From an uncultured Verrucomicrobiae bacterium (GTDB lineage Bacteria; Verrucomicrobiota; Verrucomicrobiia; Opitutales; JABDGR01): a DNA stretch of 64,000 nucleotides. The first letter of the stretch is position 1, and every line of letters starts with the position of its first letter. The stretch spans positions 320,001-384,000 of the forward strand of contig CAVXVB010000007.1 of assembly GCA_963765205.1 (NCBI GenBank), written 5' to 3'. Below the pieces are notes generated by a model. That model did not search any database. It was given only the letters and a program-made list of their open reading frames with translations, and was not told where the DNA came from. The position numbers were made by a program, and so were the translations under genes. Positions 9,504 through 20,852 of the stretch are shown here, in pieces.

Positions 9504-10145
9504 TCACCGCCTGGGCCGGGGGTAGCGTTCGCCTTCAAACAATTCGCCCTGGGGGGATTTGACCATGTCGTAAATTTTCAGCAGACGGATCATTTGCAGC
9601 ACGTCCGATTTTTGGTAGCTGAGGTTGGTTTCGACCTGGTGCAGGAGGTTTTCGAGGATGGAGGGGAACGTCAGGATGGCGTCCACGCCGTGTTCCTGCA
9701 ACTGTTTGATGCTCTCGCTGCGCAGCGGGTCGCTGGTCGGCAGGCTTGGCAGCACCAGCACGCGCATGAGGCCCTCCTGGTTCGTTTCGCTGGCGACCGC
9801 CGGGTCCGCGTAGCCGCTGAAAAATTCGTTGGCCACGTCAATGACCTCCTTGCGTAAAAAATCGTGGATTTTCGAGCCGCTCTTGAGCATCGAAGGCGTC
9901 AGCCGCGACGTGTGCCAGCCCATGACCGCGACAATCGCGCGCCGGATGAGCGGCAGGTCATTGGCGAACAATTGAAAACCCGGCTTGTGCTCGGAGGGTT
10001 TCCAGCCCGGGTTTTGCACGAGCAGGTCAATCTCCTCCACGTCGCGTTTGCGGCGCGAGTGAACCTGGTATTTGTTGAGCTGCCGGACGAGGAAGCCGTT
10101 CAGCTCGAAATACTCGCGCACCAGATTTTCGTCGAAGCCGGCCAT
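9504..10145 (-). CDS. Conserved hypothetical protein, possible PD-(D/E)XK-like fold
   Basis: Host-like codon usage; VREYFELNGFLV, EIDLLV. Confidence 0.7.
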   Translation of the reverse strand: MAGFDENLVREYFELNGFLVRQLNKYQVHSRRKRDVEEIDLLVQNPGWKPSEHKPGFQLFANDLPLIRRAIVAVMGWHTSRLTPSMLKSGSKIHDFLRKEVIDVANEFFSGYADPAVASETNQEGLMRVLVLPSLPTSDPLRSESIKQLQEHGVDAILTFPSILENLLHQVETNLSYQKSDVLQMIRLLKIYDMVKSPQGELFEGERYPRPRR

Positions 10146-10201
10146 GAATAAAGTGGGAAAGGGGAGGGGCGCAGTTTGGAGTTTTTTTTTGAAACTATCT
10201 T

Positions 10202-10282
10202 TTCACCGCTAAGACGCCAAGAACGCAAAGGATGGGTTTAGGGCAAAATGCAACTTTGCGTTCTTGGCGTCTTGGCGGCGAA
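10202..10282. repeat. Inverted pair of CGCCAAGA-type arms
   Basis: 10202-10230 versus reverse complement of 10254-10282: 27 of 29 identical. Confidence 0.9.
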
Positions 10283-10298
10283 CTGTCTTGGGGGGCGT

Positions 10299-11390
10299 CT
10301 AGCCCGCGCCGGCTTTGCGCCAGAGTTCGCGGATGGTTTTCTCCGGCACGTCGTCCACCGTTTCGGCCCGGCCGATGGCGCGCAGCGCGATGAAGCGCAG
10401 TTTTCCGCCGCGCACTTTTTTGTCGAGCTTCATGGCTGCGAGCAATTTTTCCGCCGGCAGCTTCTTGCGCAGGCGCACCGGCAGGTGGCAGGCCCGCACG
10501 ACGCGCTCGATGCGTGCGGCGTCGTGGGCGGAGAGCCAGCCGATTTTTTGCGAGAGGCGCGCGGCGAGCACCAGGCCGAGGCCGACGGCCTCGCCGTGCA
10601 AGTATTCGCCGTAGCCGGCGGTGTTTTCGAGCGCGTGCGCGAACGTGTGGCCCAGGTTCAGCAACGCGCGCCCGCCGCTGGCGTGCAGCTCGTACTCATC
10701 GCCGCCGACGATGGCGGCCTTGATCGCGCAACATTCGCCAATCAGCGACGGCAGCCTCGGATGGTCCCAGCGCCACACCGGCGTGCGCTCGATTTGGTGG
10801 AAAAGATCCGCGTCGGCCAGGAGGCCGTATTTGATGACTTCGGCGAGGCCGGCGGCAAACTCGCGTGCGGGCAGCGTGCGCAGGAACGCGGTGTCAATGA
10901 TCACGGCCTGCGGCTGCCAGAACGCGCCGACGAGGTTTTTTCCCGCGCGCAGATTGACGCCCGTCTTGCCGCCCACCGAGCTGTCCACCATCGCGAGCAA
11001 CGTCGTCGGCGCCTGGTAAAGCGTGAGGCCGCGCAAATACGTTGCCGCGGCGTAGCCGGCCAGGTCGCCAATCACGCCGCCGCCAATGGCGAACACGGCG
11101 CTGCGCCGGTCCAGCCCCTGCGCCGCCATCCAGTCGTAAACGCGGCCCAGTTGGGCGAGCGATTTCGTGCGCTCGCCGCCGCGCAGCAGCAGCGGCGCCT
11201 CGCCCAGGGCCACCACGCGCTTGAGCATTTCCGGCTGCCGTCGCGCAATGACCTGGTCGGCAATCACTGCGACGCGCCGCCCATCGGCCCGCAGCCGCGT
11301 GGTCACCTCGCTGAAAATGTCCCACAAATCCGTGCCGATATAAATCGGATAGCTCCGCTCGGCGAGGTCCACTTGGAGGATTTCCGTCAT
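10299..11390 (-). CDS. aroB: 3-dehydroquinate synthase
   Basis: GE.TKS, GGGVIGDLAG, PTTLLAMVDSSVGGKTGVN, KNLVGAF.QP, LNLGHTFAHALE, HGEAV. Confidence 0.97.
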   Translation of the reverse strand: MTEILQVDLAERSYPIYIGTDLWDIFSEVTTRLRADGRRVAVIADQVIARRQPEMLKRVVALGEAPLLLRGGERTKSLAQLGRVYDWMAAQGLDRRSAVFAIGGGVIGDLAGYAAATYLRGLTLYQAPTTLLAMVDSSVGGKTGVNLRAGKNLVGAFWQPQAVIIDTAFLRTLPAREFAAGLAEVIKYGLLADADLFHQIERTPVWRWDHPRLPSLIGECCAIKAAIVGGDEYELHASGGRALLNLGHTFAHALENTAGYGEYLHGEAVGLGLVLAARLSQKIGWLSAHDAARIERVVRACHLPVRLRKKLPAEKLLAAMKLDKKVRGGKLRFIALRAIGRAETVDDVPEKTIRELWRKAGAG

Positions 11391-11453
11391 AATAGGGAGG
11401 GTGCTATCCTTATCGGTTGCGGGGCGGGTTGGAAAGCGCGAAAGGAGGGGTAT

Positions 11454-11564
11454 CTGATTGCTGAATTCTGAATGCTGATTTCTGAATGCAATCCCGCTGC
11501 AAGATATGGTTCCATCATTTTGCGCTGCTTGCAATTCAGCAATCAGAAATCAGCATTCAGAATT
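11454..11564. repeat. Inverted pair of 7-nt-period arms (CTGAATK/MATTCAG family) between divergent aroB and trpG
   Basis: CTGATTG CTGAATT CTGAATG CTGATTT CTGAATG ... CAATTCAG CAATCAG AAATCAG CATTCAG AATT. Confidence 0.9.
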
Positions 11565-11635
11565 GACCTCCTCCTCCGCCCTTGACCCCGCCGCCTCACC
11601 CTGCGATGCTCACCCCTCGCACCACCGCCGCCGCC

Positions 11636-12199
11636 ATGTTGCTGGTCATAGACAACTTTGATTCCTTCACTTACAACCTCGTCCAATATTACGGGCAACT
11701 CGGGGTGGAGCAGCGCGTCTTCCGCAATGACGCCATCACGGTGGCCCAGGCGCTGGCGCTCAATCCCGACCGCGTGCTGCTCTCGCCCGGGCCGTGTTCA
11801 CCCAGCGAGGCCGGCGTCACGCTTGACATCATCGGCGCCTTCGCGGGCAAAAAGCCCATCTTCGGCGTCTGCCTCGGCCACCAGGCCGTCGGGCAGTATT
11901 TCGGCGGCCAAGTCGTGCGCGCGGGCCGGCTGATGCATGGCAAAATCTCGCCCATCCGCCACCACGACACCGACGTGTTTCACGGGATGCCCAACCCCTT
12001 TCCCGCCACGCGCTACCACTCGCTGCTGGTCGAACGCGCCACACTGCCCGATTGCCTCGAAATCACCGCCGACACCGCCGAGGGCGAAATCATGGGCCTG
12101 CGCCACAAAACCCTCCCCGTCTACGGCGTGCAATTCCACCCCGAGTCCTACGCCACCGAAGGTGGCATCAAAATGCTCAAGAACTTTTTGGAACTCTAA
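11636..12199 (+). CDS. Anthranilate/aminodeoxychorismate synthase component II (glutamine amidotransferase, TrpG/PabA)
   Basis: [38 protein letters not shown]. Confidence 0.95.
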   Translation: MLLVIDNFDSFTYNLVQYYGQLGVEQRVFRNDAITVAQALALNPDRVLLSPGPCSPSEAGVTLDIIGAFAGKKPIFGVCLGHQAVGQYFGGQVVRAGRLMHGKISPIRHHDTDVFHGMPNPFPATRYHSLLVERATLPDCLEITADTAEGEIMGLRHKTLPVYGVQFHPESYATEGGIKMLKNFLEL

Positions 12200-12210
12200 C
12201 GGGCTAACTT

Positions 12211-12306
12211 TTTTTGACAGAATTAACAAAATTAACAAAATTTAGAACAGCGTCCCAAAACTCTCCCCATCTTAAATTCTGTAAATTTTGTTAATTCTGT
12301 CTAAAA
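12211..12306. repeat. Inverted pair of 9-nt-period arms (ACAGAATTA family)
   Basis: 12211-12243 versus reverse complement of 12274-12306: 30 of 33 identical. Confidence 0.9.
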
Positions 12307-12347
12307 TTCTTCCTTCTTTCTTCTTCCATCTTCCATTCTTAATTTCC

Positions 12348-12806
12348 ATGAACTGCCCGAAGTGCAACCACGAGGACTCAAAGGTGCTGGACACGCGCAC
12401 CGGGCGGGAGAACCGTTCCATCCGCCGCCGCCGCCAATGCCTCGCCTGCGGCCACCGATTCACCACGCTTGAGGAAACCGTGCGCGAGGGCTTTCTCGTC
12501 ATCAAAAAAGACGGCCGGCGCGAGGATTTCGACCACGCGAAAATCCTGAACAGCCTCCGCAAAGCCACCGAAAAGCGCCCCATCGAGGCCGAGCGCCTCG
12601 AACTGCTTGTCACTGAAGTCACCGACGCGCTCGAAAAGGAATACGATGTCGAAGTGCCCAGCCGCGCCATCGGCGAGCACCTCATGGCCCGCCTCAAGCA
12701 AATTGACCAGATCGCCTACGTCCGCTTCGCCTGCGTGTATAAGGACTTCAAGGACATCAGCGCCCTCGCCGAGGAAATCAAGGCCCTCAAGTCGGCGTTG
12801 GAGTGA
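12348..12806 (+). CDS. nrdR: Transcriptional repressor NrdR
   Basis: [34 protein letters not shown]-cone VIKKDG.RE.FD, D.IAYVRFA.VY. Confidence 0.96.
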   Translation: MNCPKCNHEDSKVLDTRTGRENRSIRRRRQCLACGHRFTTLEETVREGFLVIKKDGRREDFDHAKILNSLRKATEKRPIEAERLELLVTEVTDALEKEYDVEVPSRAIGEHLMARLKQIDQIAYVRFACVYKDFKDISALAEEIKALKSALE

Positions 12807-12862
12807 AATATTTCCTTTTAATTCGAACAGATTCATGTCAAAGCATGGATAAGTTTTCATTC

Positions 12863-13297
12863 ATGTCCGCCAACGCCGATAGTATTCCATCGCTGCGTAG
12901 CCCTAAACGCAATTCACCAACATTAAGAGCGGTTGGCGTGGTTTTGGTTGTCTTGCTTTGTTGCGGAAATTTTATTCTATGGTGGTGGGTCATGCCTAAC
13001 TGGGAGGATAAAGCCGCATCGGTCAGTGCGAGGCTCACAGATTTTCAAATGAAGATGCTCGATTGGTCGCAATATTTGCACTCAAATCTTGCGGATCTCA
13101 TCCCGATTTTGATCGGGTTGCTTGCTCTTCAGATTGTTGCATTTAGGTGGGAATCTCGCCGGATGCGGGTGGTTGCGTGGTCAGCCGTTGCTGTGTTGGC
13201 GGTCTTCGCAGTGATTCAACTTTACTATTTTGGCTGGCCTAATTACGAGACACACGAGGAATTTTTACGTAGATCAGTTGAGCTTTTGAACCATTAG
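12863..13297 (+). CDS. Hypothetical membrane protein, lower GC
   Basis: Three predicted TM segments; start codon uncertain. Confidence 0.6.
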   Translation: MSANADSIPSLRSPKRNSPTLRAVGVVLVVLLCCGNFILWWWVMPNWEDKAASVSARLTDFQMKMLDWSQYLHSNLADLIPILIGLLALQIVAFRWESRRMRVVAWSAVAVLAVFAVIQLYYFGWPNYETHEEFLRRSVELLNH

Positions 13298-13317
13298 ATT
13301 TTCCACGGAAAGTTCCC

Positions 13318-13421
13318 GGTGAATAACTTTCCCTTCTCATCCGGGCCGTTTCCTGTCAATGCGTGGAGAACGATTTCTCCATGCCCGCCCCCGCCAAACC
13401 CTCGCCCCGACGCGCGCTGCA
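13318..13421 (+). repeat. Direct repeat copy 1 of the leader/start region of the gene at 14805
   Basis: 66 of 72 identical to 14742-14813, with weaker similarity continuing to about 13421/14848. Confidence 0.92.
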
Positions 13422-13437
13422 ATTCCTTCACCACCCC

Positions 13438-14726
13438 ATGAAAACCTGCTTGGCCATTGGGCCACTATTGCTCTCGGCCTTGGTGGCCGCCACCGCCGGC
13501 GCGCAAGATGCGCCGCCCGCTCCCGCCCAAGCCGCCGCCTCTGCTGCTGCGTCCGCCCCGGTTGCCGCACCCGCCGCGCTGCCGCCGCTGCCCGCGCCGA
13601 TGAACGTCCCGCAACCCGGTCCCGATACCGGTGCGCCTTATGCCCCGCAGCCGATTTTGCCCGGCGGGGTGGTGGTCACCCTGTTTCCGCCCGGCTCGCC
13701 CTACCTGAACATGGCGCGCGTGCATGAGCCGGAGCAATACAGCCTGGACCGCGCCGTGCCGGGGCGGATCAGCAGCATTGTCAACATCCACAATCCCTCC
13801 ATCGAGGTGCATACGGTGGACTCCAACCTGAACACCGGCGCGGCCGTCATCCTCGCTGCCGGCGGCGGGCACAACACGCTCAACGTTGGCAGTGAAAGCG
13901 CCGATTTCGTCCCCTATTTTTTCAACTACGGCGTCACCACCATCATCCTGCGCAACCGGCTGCGCACCAGTGGCTATGATCCGAAGACCGACGAGGTGTA
14001 TGACGCGCTCCAAGCCATCAAGCTGGTGCGCGCCCACGCGGCGGACTGGCGCATTGACCCGGACAAAATTGGCATCATGGGCTTTTCGGCGGGGCCGAGC
14101 TGGCCACGGCGGCGGCCGTCGAGTTTGCCGACTTTGACCAGAAAAACGACACGCCGGACAATCCGCTGGCAAAAATTTCCTCGCGGCCGGATTTTGTGGG
14201 CGTGATTTATCCCGGCCCCTCGCCGTATAGCGCGGCCAACCCGCCGCCGATTCCCCGCAATGCGCCGCCCTCCTTCATCGCCTGCGCGGGCTCGGGCGAT
14301 GAGCAGCACGCAATGTGGGCGACCGACTATTTCAAGGCCATGCTCGCGGCCTGGGTGCCGAATGTGGAAATTCACATCTATGCGGAAGGCCACCATCCCG
14401 GCGACCAGGTCGGGCCGGACGAGCCGCCCTCGACCGGTGGCCTGACTGACCGCGGTTTCATCCCCTATGGCACCTGGCAAGACCGTTTCATTGACTGGTT
14501 CCAAAATCTAGGATTCCTGGGCAAGCGCGGGGTCGAGACCAAGGCGGCCAAGGACATCGCGGCCTATATGGCGCCACCCCAGCGTGGCGGGGCTGGCCGG
14601 GGGGCCGGTGGCCGCGGCGCCCGCCGCGGCGGCGCGGGAACGGCTGCGGCTTCTGGTGCAGCTTCGGGTGCCTCGTCGTCGCCCAATGCCCCGGTGTCGC
14701 AGGGTGGCGCTCCCGCCAACCCTTAG
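13438..14726 (+). CDS. Secreted alpha/beta hydrolase (esterase-like; frameshift near 14093)
   Basis: Signal peptide, AGGG oxyanion loop, DPDKIGIMGFSAG nucleophile elbow, SRPDF..IYPG, E.HIY..G.H; in-frame upstream ATG at 13381. Confidence 0.85.
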
Positions 14727-14741
14727 GTTGGAAAAAATTCT

Positions 14742-14848
14742 GGTGAATAACTTTCCCTTCTCATCCGGGTGCATTCCTGTCAATGCGTGGAGGACGATTC
14801 CTCCATGCCCGCCACCGCCGAACCGCCCCCGCCCCTGCGCGCGCTGCA
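14742..14848 (+). repeat. Direct repeat copy 2 (leader and first codons of the 14805 gene)
   Basis: Matches 13318-13421; ATG lies 63 nt after the repeat start in both copies. Confidence 0.92.
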
Positions 14849-15278
14849 CACGTTGCTGAGCGTCGCGGTCGGCGCCGACGCCGAACTGGCGCGGCGGGTC
14901 GAGGCCGCCGTGGACTTCACCCTCGAAAATGCCGCGCCCGGCGGGCCGGACACGGCCACGCTTGGCTTCGCCGCCGAGGCTTTGCTGGGTCTGCTGACCC
15001 ATCAGGGGTGCGCGCCCAAATTTGTGCTGCTCGATTTGCGCGAGCAAACCTGGGAGCCGCTCTGGATTCGCGAGCGCGTGCTCGCCGCGCTGCGCCCGCT
15101 GGCCGGCTACCGCGAAGGCGTCCTGCTCACCACCGGCCTGCGCCGTCTGGCCTGCCCGCCCGGCCGGCGGTGGTCGGCGTCGGCACGCGGGCGTTACCAA
15201 TCGGCCATCGCCTACATCCAGGAAGCCGCCGCCATGCACACCGCCCCGACCACCGTGCTGCATTTGCTGTTTTTGTAA
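14805..15278 (+). CDS. Hypothetical protein
   Basis: GGAGG RBS upstream, GC3-rich codons, no recognised motif. Confidence 0.7.
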   Translation: MPATAEPPPPLRALHTLLSVAVGADAELARRVEAAVDFTLENAAPGGPDTATLGFAAEALLGLLTHQGCAPKFVLLDLREQTWEPLWIRERVLAALRPLAGYREGVLLTTGLRRLACPPGRRWSASARGRYQSAIAYIQEAAAMHTAPTTVLHLLFL

Positions 15279-15370
15279 ATGAGATCGTTGCAACAAGAGC
15301 GGCTCCTCATTTCGTCGGCGCGTCAAAATAGTCCCTGTTTCCGCAGTTATCGCATGGAGGAAAACAGCAT

Positions 15371-15769
15371 CTAACGTTGATGATCGCGTTCCGCCGGCTT
15401 CCAGCCATGCGGATAGCGGCGGGCGATTTCGGCATGGTGGTTGGCGGGCGAATCGCGAAAGCCCATGCGCACGGAGGGCGAGCGCAGCAGCACGTCCACG
15501 GAAATGCCCGCCGGTGCGCCGCCGGTCACCCAGACGCCACCGCGATTATACCAATAGGCGCGCAGGCCCGGATCATAATAGACCTCGTAGTCAGGATAAT
15601 AAACCAAACCGCCTTCGATGCCGACATCCGCCTGCACCACGACGGGGGCGGGGGCGATATAAGTTTGGCCGCCGACGGGTTCAACAATGCAACCGGCCAG
15701 GACGCCGAACAGCATGAGTGTGAGCACGCAGCAAATCTCGCGCGTGCGGAAAACATTTTTAGTGGTCAT
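15371..15769 (-). CDS. Hypothetical lipoprotein
   Basis: Lipobox LAGC, Tyr/Trp/Pro-rich mature part (YYPDYEVYYD..YWY..GVWV). Confidence 0.75.
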   Translation of the reverse strand: MTTKNVFRTREICCVLTLMLFGVLAGCIVEPVGGQTYIAPAPVVVQADVGIEGGLVYYPDYEVYYDPGLRAYWYNRGGVWVTGGAPAGISVDVLLRSPSVRMGFRDSPANHHAEIARRYPHGWKPAERDHQR

Positions 15770-15842
15770 GCCGGCCATCCTATCGGGAAAGCGCCATAGG
15801 TGCGATGGGGTGTAACCCTGCCGGGTTTTGTTTTATGGCGCG

Positions 15843-15934
15843 TTTCACCGCAAAGGCGCGAAGGGCGCAAAGAACTAATTCTGTAAATTTTGTTAAAAGG
15901 CCCTCTTTGTCCTCTTGGCATCTTGGCGGTGAAA
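15843..15934. repeat. Degenerate inverted pair (CACCGC.AAG family) enclosing a fragment of the ACAGAATTA family
   Basis: TTTCACCGCAAAG...CTTGGCGGTGAAA; internal 15877-15896 identical to 12275-12294. Confidence 0.8.
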
Positions 15935-15941
15935 ATTGTCA

Positions 15942-17468
15942 TCACCCCAGCCCATCCAAATACTTCCGCAATCGCGCCGCGAGGCGGGGGCCGAGGCCGG
16001 GGACTTGCGCGAGTTCCTCGATGGTCGCGGCGCGGAGGCGGGTGAGGTTTTTGAATTTTTCGAGCAGCGCGGCTTTTTTGACAGGACCGAGGCCGGCGAA
16101 ATCATCGAGCAGGCTTTCGCGGATTTTTTTCAAGCGGAGTTTCGCATTATAAGTGTTGGCGAAGCGGTGGGCTTCGTCGCGCAGGCGCTGGAGGAGCTGG
16201 AGCGCGGGCGAATGGGGCGAAAGTTTCAAATCGGCGCGCCCGTCGGGAAAGACGATGGTTTCCTCTTTTTTGGCGAGGCCGATGAGCGGCGGCGGCGGCA
16301 AGTCGAGCGCGAGAAAGGCCTTGAGCGCGGCGTGAACCTGGCCGAGGCCGCCGTCAATCACGAGCAGGTCGGGAAAAGATTTTTGCTCGCGGTGCAGGCG
16401 GCCGTAGCGCCGGCCGACGACTTCCTCCACCGCTCGGTAGTCGTCGTTGCGAATCGGGCCGCGGATGCGGAAGAGGCGGTAGCCGCCTTTGTCGGGTGCG
16501 CCGTCGCGGAAGCGGGCCATCGCGGCGACGACGAATTCGCCGGAGATGTGGGAGATGTCGAAACATTCGAGCGTGCGCGGGGGCGCGGCGAGGGCGAGAC
16601 ATTCCGCGAGCTGGCGCGCGCCGGCCGCGGCGGTGGGATTTTTCACCGGGTTGCCGCGCAGGAAGCGGCGGTCGCGCGTGGTGTTGGCGGTGGTCCGTTC
16701 GACGGCCTGGAGCAGGTCGCGCAATTCGGCGGCGCGCTCGAACTGGCGTTTTTCGGCGGCGGCGAGCATCTGCGCGCGCAGGCCGGCCAGCCACGCGCGC
16801 GCTTTGCCTTCAAGGAAATCGCGCGCGGCGGCGACGCGCGCGGCGTAGTCGGCGGGGGTGACTTCGTTGGGGTGGCCGTAGATTTCGGCGCGGGCGTCGG
16901 CATAAAGGCGGAAGCGATTTCCTTCCGGCAGCGCCGTGGGCGCGGGCGCGTCGCTAAGGAGGATGCCGAACTGGCGGCGCATCTCGGCGAGGGTGCGCCG
17001 CAGGAAGCCGCCGTTGGCGAAGGGGCCGAAGTAGCGCGCGCCGTCGTCGCGGCGCAGGCGGCTGAGGCGGAAGCGGGGAAAGGGTTCGCGTTCATCCAGG
17101 CGGACAAGGAGAAACCGTTTGTCGTCCACGAAGTCGGTGTTGTATTTGGGCCGCCACTCTTTGATGAGCTTGCCCTCGAGCAGCAGCGCCTCGGTTTCGG
17201 AGCGGACCTCAATGGTATCGAGGTCGCGCACGAGGGAAATCAGAGAAGCGATTTTGGGCTGGTCGAAATGCGTGCGGCGGCCGCGTTGAAAATAAGAGGA
17301 GACCCGTTTCTTTAAATCCTTAGCTTTGCCGACGTAGAGGATGGCGCCAAAGCGGTCTTTCATTAGGTAGACGCCCGGGCGATGGGGCAGGTGGCGCAGC
17401 TTTTCCATCAGTCGCGACGCGGAATCAGCGGCAGGGACGGAGACGGGGGGCTTTTTGACATCGGCCAT
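15942..17468 (-). CDS. uvrC: Excinuclease ABC subunit C
   Basis: GIY-YIG PGVYLM..YVGKAKDL..RV.SYF, UVR domain FE.AA.LRD, ECFDISH, PDL..IDGG.GQ, RDEAHRFA, HhH. Confidence 0.95.
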   Translation of the reverse strand: MADVKKPPVSVPAADSASRLMEKLRHLPHRPGVYLMKDRFGAILYVGKAKDLKKRVSSYFQRGRRTHFDQPKIASLISLVRDLDTIEVRSETEALLLEGKLIKEWRPKYNTDFVDDKRFLLVRLDEREPFPRFRLSRLRRDDGARYFGPFANGGFLRRTLAEMRRQFGILLSDAPAPTALPEGNRFRLYADARAEIYGHPNEVTPADYAARVAAARDFLEGKARAWLAGLRAQMLAAAEKRQFERAAELRDLLQAVERTTANTTRDRRFLRGNPVKNPTAAAGARQLAECLALAAPPRTLECFDISHISGEFVVAAMARFRDGAPDKGGYRLFRIRGPIRNDDYRAVEEVVGRRYGRLHREQKSFPDLLVIDGGLGQVHAALKAFLALDLPPPPLIGLAKKEETIVFPDGRADLKLSPHSPALQLLQRLRDEAHRFANTYNAKLRLKKIRESLLDDFAGLGPVKKAALLEKFKNLTRLRAATIEELAQVPGLGPRLAARLRKYLDGLG

Positions 17469-17469
17469 G

Positions 17470-17712
17470 GGGTGAATTCATTCAAAATTATAGGGTGACG
17501 AGGCCATCTTTTTTCCGGGAAATAAGGGTTATTCCTTAGTCCAATGTAATGCAAATGCTATAAATAGCCCCCATTGGGCGGGATATAAATGTGTAACCAG
17601 CTAAAAAACAAAATGTTACAAACTTTTTATCATGTAAAAAAAGATTGAAATTAAAAAGCCATAAAGAAGGCGATAGTAAACGGACGGTGGCAACTAGGGG
17701 ATTTTTATTATC
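17470..17712. promoter_or_regulatory. AT-rich divergent intergenic region between uvrC and the sensor kinase operon
   Basis: Sharp GC drop with A/T tracts; must hold the divergent promoters; no specific site assigned. Confidence 0.45.
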
Positions 17713-17799
17713 ATGTTAAGGTGGCGGAAAACCACCGATGTGGTAGACTTCAAACGCGCGTTTGGCAAGGGACTTTTCGTTGTCAATGCCGCAATCGCC

Positions 17800-20442
<2,643 letters not shown>

Positions 20443-20456
20443 ACCCCATTCTCACC

Positions 20457-20852
20457 ATGCACGGAAAAACCATCCTGGTCGTCGAGGACAACCCGCAAAA
20501 CCGCGAGTTGGTCTCCGATTTGCTGACGCTTTCCGGCGTGCGGGTCCTGACGGCTGAGGACGGCGAGACCGCGCTCGACCTCCTGGCGCGGGAACTGGTG
20601 GATTTGGTGCTGATGGACGTGAGCCTGCCGCGGATGGATGGGCTGGAAGCCGCGCGCCGCCTCAAAGGTACGCCTGCCACCGCCCATTTGCCCGTCATCG
20701 CGTTGACGGCCCACGCGATGAAGGGTGACCGCGAGCGCATTCTCTCCGCCGGCTGCGACGGCTACCTGACCAAGCCGATTGATACGCGGGGCTTTGTCGC
20801 CGCAGTGGAGCGGTTTTTGCCCGCGACGCCCTCTACTCCGGCCTCGGCATGA
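20457..20852 (+). CDS. Single-domain response regulator (DivK-like)
   Basis: ILVVEDN, LVLMDVSLP.MDG, ALTAHAM.GD, GCDGYLTKP. Confidence 0.93.
   Translation: MHGKTILVVEDNPQNRELVSDLLTLSGVRVLTAEDGETALDLLARELVDLVLMDVSLPRMDGLEAARRLKGTPATAHLPVIALTAHAMKGDRERILSAGCDGYLTKPIDTRGFVAAVERFLPATPSTPASA

Noticed and set aside
17470..17712. Riboswitch, sRNA or SOS box upstream of uvrC
   Set aside because: No recognisable aptamer consensus, stable stem or clear palindromic operator found by eye
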